A stretch of 64,000 nucleotides of DNA from Chlorobiota bacterium (GTDB lineage Bacteria > Bacteroidota > Ignavibacteria > Kapaibacteriales > NICIL-2). Positions 60,386 through 64,000 of the stretch are shown here, piece by piece (the stretch's first letter is position 1; each line of letters starts with the position of its first letter). The stretch spans positions 13,163-77,162 of the forward strand of contig JAOAGY010000031.1 in NCBI GenBank assembly GCA_026415505.1, in the 5' to 3' direction. Both the position numbers and the translations under genes were made by a program. The notes below the pieces were generated by a model. The model was not told the DNA's origin. It saw only the letters and a list, made by a program, of their open reading frames with translations, and searched no databases.

Positions 60386-60754
60386 ATGGGCATCTTCGAG
60401 CGCATCGCACGGATTCTTCGCGCCGAGTTCAACGACCGCACAAGTCGAGCATCGGAACCGCTCGATGCCGACGACGACGAGCTTCGCCGCATCATCGAGG
60501 AACTCGACTCGCCACGTCCGCAACAGTCGCCCCCACCACGAACGATGGGCATCGTCGAGTGGGCATACCGCACGCTCGGTGTGACGCCGTCGGCATCGAA
60601 CGACGAAATCAAAGCTGCGTACCGGCGCGCGATCGGCAAAGTGCATCCGGATCGCTTCGCGCGAGCACCAGAACACGAGCAACGCCAGGCGGCTCGCCGT
60701 GCGCAAGAGATCAACCGCGCCTACGCAATTTTGAAAGCAGTTCGCAAATTCTGA
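60386..60754 (+). CDS. J-domain (DnaJ-like) protein
   Basis: C-terminal J domain: WAYRTLGV...IKAAYRRAIGKVHPDRF (HPD). Confidence 0.6.
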   Translation: MGIFERIARILRAEFNDRTSRASEPLDADDDELRRIIEELDSPRPQQSPPPRTMGIVEWAYRTLGVTPSASNDEIKAAYRRAIGKVHPDRFARAPEHEQRQAARRAQEINRAYAILKAVRKF

Positions 60755-60765
60755 CAGGTCCAGCG

Positions 60766-61458
60766 ATGATGAAATCGAATCTGCGCGATGCCGCCGTGAT
60801 TGTCGCTTTGGCGATCGTGCTCGGTGTGATCTACAACGCTGCGTTCTCGGTCAAGCCCTTGCCCTGGATACGCCAGCCGCGCACTGTGGACACCGCCAGT
60901 ACCGATGCATTGATGCAGGTGCTGTCGAAGCATGCCGATAGCAGCGCGACAAGCGACGTATCTTCTCTGCAGCAACCGCCGCCGATGCAAAGCGCTGCGA
61001 CGCCGAAACGCGACAGCACCAAAGCAACCGCTGCGATACAGCAACAGACGACCCAGCCACGACTGCCACCTAAAAACGACCTTGTGCCACCGGCTGACGA
61101 TCACGGCAAAGTGCGCGCTGTCACTTACGACCAAGTGCGCATGATGCTCCGCAACGAAGACGTGCTTTTCATGGACGCACGGCGCAAAGACGAATACGAC
61201 GGCGGGCATATCCCACGTGCGATCAACGTGGACATTCAACTGTTCGAGCTGGACCCGAACTATCGCAACCAGACGATGCAGATGCTCTACTCGCTCGACA
61301 AACGCCGCCCTGTGGTTACGTACTGCGGCGGTGGAAATTGCGAGCTGAGTCACAAGCTTTCCGACGTACTCGTTTCGATCGGCTTCGAGCACGTGTTCAT
61401 TTACTTGGGCGGCTGGAACGAGTATTCGACCAAACCCGATTCCCCACGCGAGCAATGA
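60766..61458 (+). CDS. rhodanese-domain membrane-anchored protein
   Basis: N-terminal TM (AAVIVALAIVLGVIY). Pro/Gln-rich linker. Rhodanese domain with active-site loop YCGGGNC. Confidence 0.65.
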   Translation: MMKSNLRDAAVIVALAIVLGVIYNAAFSVKPLPWIRQPRTVDTASTDALMQVLSKHADSSATSDVSSLQQPPPMQSAATPKRDSTKATAAIQQQTTQPRLPPKNDLVPPADDHGKVRAVTYDQVRMMLRNEDVLFMDARRKDEYDGGHIPRAINVDIQLFELDPNYRNQTMQMLYSLDKRRPVVTYCGGGNCELSHKLSDVLVSIGFEHVFIYLGGWNEYSTKPDSPREQ

Positions 61459-62630
61459 ACGGCGAAAGGACTTCGGCTGCACTGCGACTGCTGCAACTAC
61501 GCTACGGCATCATCGGCGAATCGCCGCTGATCAAAGAAGCGATCGAGCAACTGCTCCAGGTCGCACCGACCGATCTGACGGTCCTCATCACGGGCGAAAC
61601 CGGCACGGGCAAGGACGTCTTTGCGCGCGCCATCCACGGCTTGAGTCCGCGACGGAAAGCACCGTTCATCAGCGTCAATTGCGGTGCGATTCCGGAGACG
61701 CTGCTCGAATCAGAGCTTTTCGGTCACGAGAAAGGCGCGTTCACTGGTGCTATCGAACAACGCAAAGGATTTTTCGAAGTTGCCGATGGTGGTACGATCT
61801 TTCTCGACGAAATCGGAGAAATGCCGATCGGCACGCAAGTGAAATTGCTGCGCGTGCTCGAAACGGGCGAGTTCACTCGGCTCGGTTCGACGAAAGTCAT
61901 CAAGGTGGACGTTCGCATCATCGCTGCCACCAATCGCGACTTGGCATACGAAGTCCGGCAGGGGACGTTCCGCGAGGACCTCTACTACCGTCTCAATGCG
62001 GTGCATCTTCATTTGCCGCCGCTGCGCAAGCGACCGGAAGATATTCCGCTGCTGGTCGAGTACTACGCGACGAAAGTCGCCGAGCGCATCGGGGCAACCT
62101 ACGAAGGCATCGAAGACGACGCACTTGCAGTGTTGCAGCAGCATAGCTGGCGGGGCAACGTTCGCGAGCTGCGCAACCTCGTCGAAACACTCGTGACGAT
62201 CGGACACGGACGGCGCATCACTGCCGACGATGTGCGGCGCTATCTCCAGCGGGACGAACTCCCCGAACCGACACGTGCACTCGTTCTGCACTCGGCTGCG
62301 CAACGCGAAGGGCAGCCGTTGGACTTAGCGCTGGTCTATCACACGCTGTTGGAGCTGCGGGCGGAAATGTCCGCTGTGCGCGCTGCGATCGCGACGCTCG
62401 CCGAGCGAATGTCGCAACTTCAAACGGCGATTCCCGCCAAAAGAGAGGACGACGACGTTTTCAGCCGCGACCCGGACGATTTTCGCCTCGACGAAATGGA
62501 ACGTCGCTTGATCGTCGCTGCGCTCAAGCGGTTCAACGGCAGTCGCCGCAGTGCTGCACGTGCGCTCGGCATCAGCGAACGCACGCTCTACCGCAAACTG
62601 CACGAGTACAACCTCACCGAGATGTTTTAG
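61455..62630 (+). CDS. sigma-54-dependent transcriptional activator (AAA+ plus Fis-type HTH, no receiver domain)
   Basis: GESPLIKEAIEQ...ITGETGTGKDV...GAFTGA...ESELFGHEKGAFTGA (the GAFTGA loop). C-terminal HTH RSAARALGISERTLYRKL. Only about 45 aa precede the AAA+ domain. ATGA-coupled to the rhodanese gene. Confidence 0.85.
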   Translation: MNGERTSAALRLLQLRYGIIGESPLIKEAIEQLLQVAPTDLTVLITGETGTGKDVFARAIHGLSPRRKAPFISVNCGAIPETLLESELFGHEKGAFTGAIEQRKGFFEVADGGTIFLDEIGEMPIGTQVKLLRVLETGEFTRLGSTKVIKVDVRIIAATNRDLAYEVRQGTFREDLYYRLNAVHLHLPPLRKRPEDIPLLVEYYATKVAERIGATYEGIEDDALAVLQQHSWRGNVRELRNLVETLVTIGHGRRITADDVRRYLQRDELPEPTRALVLHSAAQREGQPLDLALVYHTLLELRAEMSAVRAAIATLAERMSQLQTAIPAKREDDDVFSRDPDDFRLDEMERRLIVAALKRFNGSRRSAARALGISERTLYRKLHEYNLTEMF

Positions 62631-64000
62631 CCGCCGGCGCAGTCGTCGTGTGGCGGAGCTGCTCGACAGCGTCGAGCAAGCGCTGCAGAAGCTCGATGGC
62701 TTGCGCCGATGACGCGATGGGAACGTCGAGCACGGCGAGTTTGCCGACTTGACGGAATCGCGCACCAGCCAGTTCGGCTGCCGCTGCGACCAATGCGGGG
62801 AAGACCTGCTCGTAGTACCATGGCGGCGCCGATCGCGGCAGTTCGATGCTCATGAGCGAACCTTCGATGCGGATACGGTCGGCGCCGAGCTTGGAACCGA
62901 GTATGCGCAAGCGAACGCCGAAAAGCAACTGCGCGGCTTCTTCCGGTAGTGGTCCGTAGCGATCGCGCAATTCCTCGCCGATGCGTTCCAGCTCATCGGC
63001 TGACGAGCAGCGGTAAAGCCGTTTGTACCACTCGAACCGATCGGTGTCGTGCGGAATGTACGTCGCCGGCAGCAGCGCATCGGTCGGCAGATCGATCGTG
63101 ATGCTCTCGTTGACGAACGTGCGTTCGCGATCGGGGAAGAGTTCGGCGAACTCTTCGGTGCGCAGTTCTTGCACTGCTTCGTCGAGGATGCGATGGTAGG
63201 TCTCGAATCCAAGTTCGTTGATGTAACCGCTCTGCTCGGCGCCGAAGATGTTCCCCGCGCCGCGAATTTCCATGTCGCGCAATGCGAGCTGAAAGCCGCT
63301 TCCCAGCTCGGTGAATTCCTCGATGGCGCGAAGACGCTCCAGCGCTTGACGATTGAGCGAGCGCAGCGAACCGACGACCAAGTAGCAGTACGCCTGACGA
63401 TTCGAACGCCCGACACGACCGCGCAATTGATACAGCTCGGCAAGACCGAAACGTTCGGCATTGACGATGACGATCGTGTTGACGTTCGGCATATCCAAAC
63501 CGTTTTCGACGATCTTCGTCGCCAGCAGCACGTCGTATTTGCGCTCCAAAAAGCGCTCGACGACACGCTCGAGTGCCGATGGTGCAAGTTGCCCGTGAGC
63601 CACGCCGATGCGAAGTGTCGGCACCAGCCCCAGCAAACGTTGCTCGATCGCTGGAATGCCTTCGATCGAATCGCTGACGACGAAAATTTGACCGCCGCGT
63701 TCGAGTTCGCGCGTGATCGCGCTGCGGAGCACGTCGTCTTCCCATTCGAGCACTTCGGTTTCGACGGGCAGCCGATTGCGCGGTGGCGTTTCGATGATGC
63801 TCAAATCGCGTGCGCCCATGAGCGAGAAGTTCAGCGTGCGCGGAATCGGCGTCGCCGTCAGCGTCAGCGTATCCACGTTGACGCGCAATTGGCGGAGCTT
63901 TTCTTTGGCAGCGACGCCGAAGCGTTGCTCCTCGTCGATGATGAGCAAACCGAGATCGCGGAGTCGCACGTCGTTGGAGAGCAAACGGTGCGTGCCGATG
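62614..64000 (-). CDS. mfd: transcription-repair coupling factor Mfd (C-terminal part; gene continues past window end)
   Basis: Helicase motifs V-VI (LLATKIVENGLDMPNVNTIVI, QLRGRVGRS) and the C-terminal TRG/D7 region. The frame stays open to coordinate 64000. Confidence 0.85.
   Translation of the reverse strand, partial: IGTHRLLSNDVRLRDLGLLIIDEEQRFGVAAKEKLRQLRVNVDTLTLTATPIPRTLNFSLMGARDLSIIETPPRNRLPVETEVLEWEDDVLRSAITRELERGGQIFVVSDSIEGIPAIEQRLLGLVPTLRIGVAHGQLAPSALERVVERFLERKYDVLLATKIVENGLDMPNVNTIVIVNAERFGLAELYQLRGRVGRSNRQAYCYLVVGSLRSLNRQALERLRAIEEFTELGSGFQLALRDMEIRGAGNIFGAEQSGYINELGFETYHRILDEAVQELRTEEFAELFPDRERTFVNESITIDLPTDALLPATYIPHDTDRFEWYKRLYRCSSADELERIGEELRDRYGPLPEEAAQLLFGVRLRILGSKLGADRIRIEGSLMSIELPRSAPPWYYEQVFPALVAAAAELAGARFRQVGKLAVLDVPIASSAQAIELLQRLLDAVEQLRHTTTAPAAKTSR

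Overview
This is a 64 kb, high-GC (about 65%) bacterial chromosomal window. It is densely coding, and many adjacent genes overlap by 1 or 4 nt (ATGA/TAATG), which suggests translational coupling. I could not run any searches; all calls rest on reading the six-frame translations for known family motifs.

Housekeeping genes: rsmG, accA, an RluB-type pseudouridine synthase, an S1-domain protein, rsmI, tmk, purL, alaS, purD, ftsY, the C-terminal part of mfd, a sigma-54 activator, malic enzyme, proline dehydrogenase and rfbB.

Cell-envelope and accessory genes: a polysaccharide export/biosynthesis cluster (wecB, a Wza-like exporter, WbaP, two GT2 glycosyltransferases); a MacAB/Lol-like ABC efflux module with two outer-membrane proteins; a SprB-repeat protein carrying a type IX secretion (T9SS) C-terminal sorting domain; an OmpA-family protein; MltB; and a BNR/sortilin-like beta-propeller.

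The T9SS C-terminal domain, SprB-type repeats, DUF4159/DUF4835-like proteins and FlgD-Ig-like tails suggest a high-GC member of the Bacteroidota/Rhodothermaeota-type (FCB) lineage; this is inference.

No rRNA, tRNA, CRISPR array or obvious mobile element was found. Because of the high GC, many long antisense or alternate-frame ORFs in the track are spurious.

Candidates for less-described biology:
- a three-gene module: DUF4159-like protein, a giant membrane-anchored Q/E-rich coiled-coil protein, and a small outer-membrane barrel
- a five-gene minus-strand module: outer-membrane barrel, ComEA-like HhH domain fused to an outer-membrane barrel, HlyD adaptor, FtsX permease, ABC ATPase
- a GT2 glycosyltransferase fused to a catalytically degenerate WbaP-like scaffold
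- a NUDIX-TadA fusion
- a zinc-ligand-less M16 peptidase homolog coupled to a stand-alone MoxR ATPase
- two candidate sigma-54 -24/-12 elements
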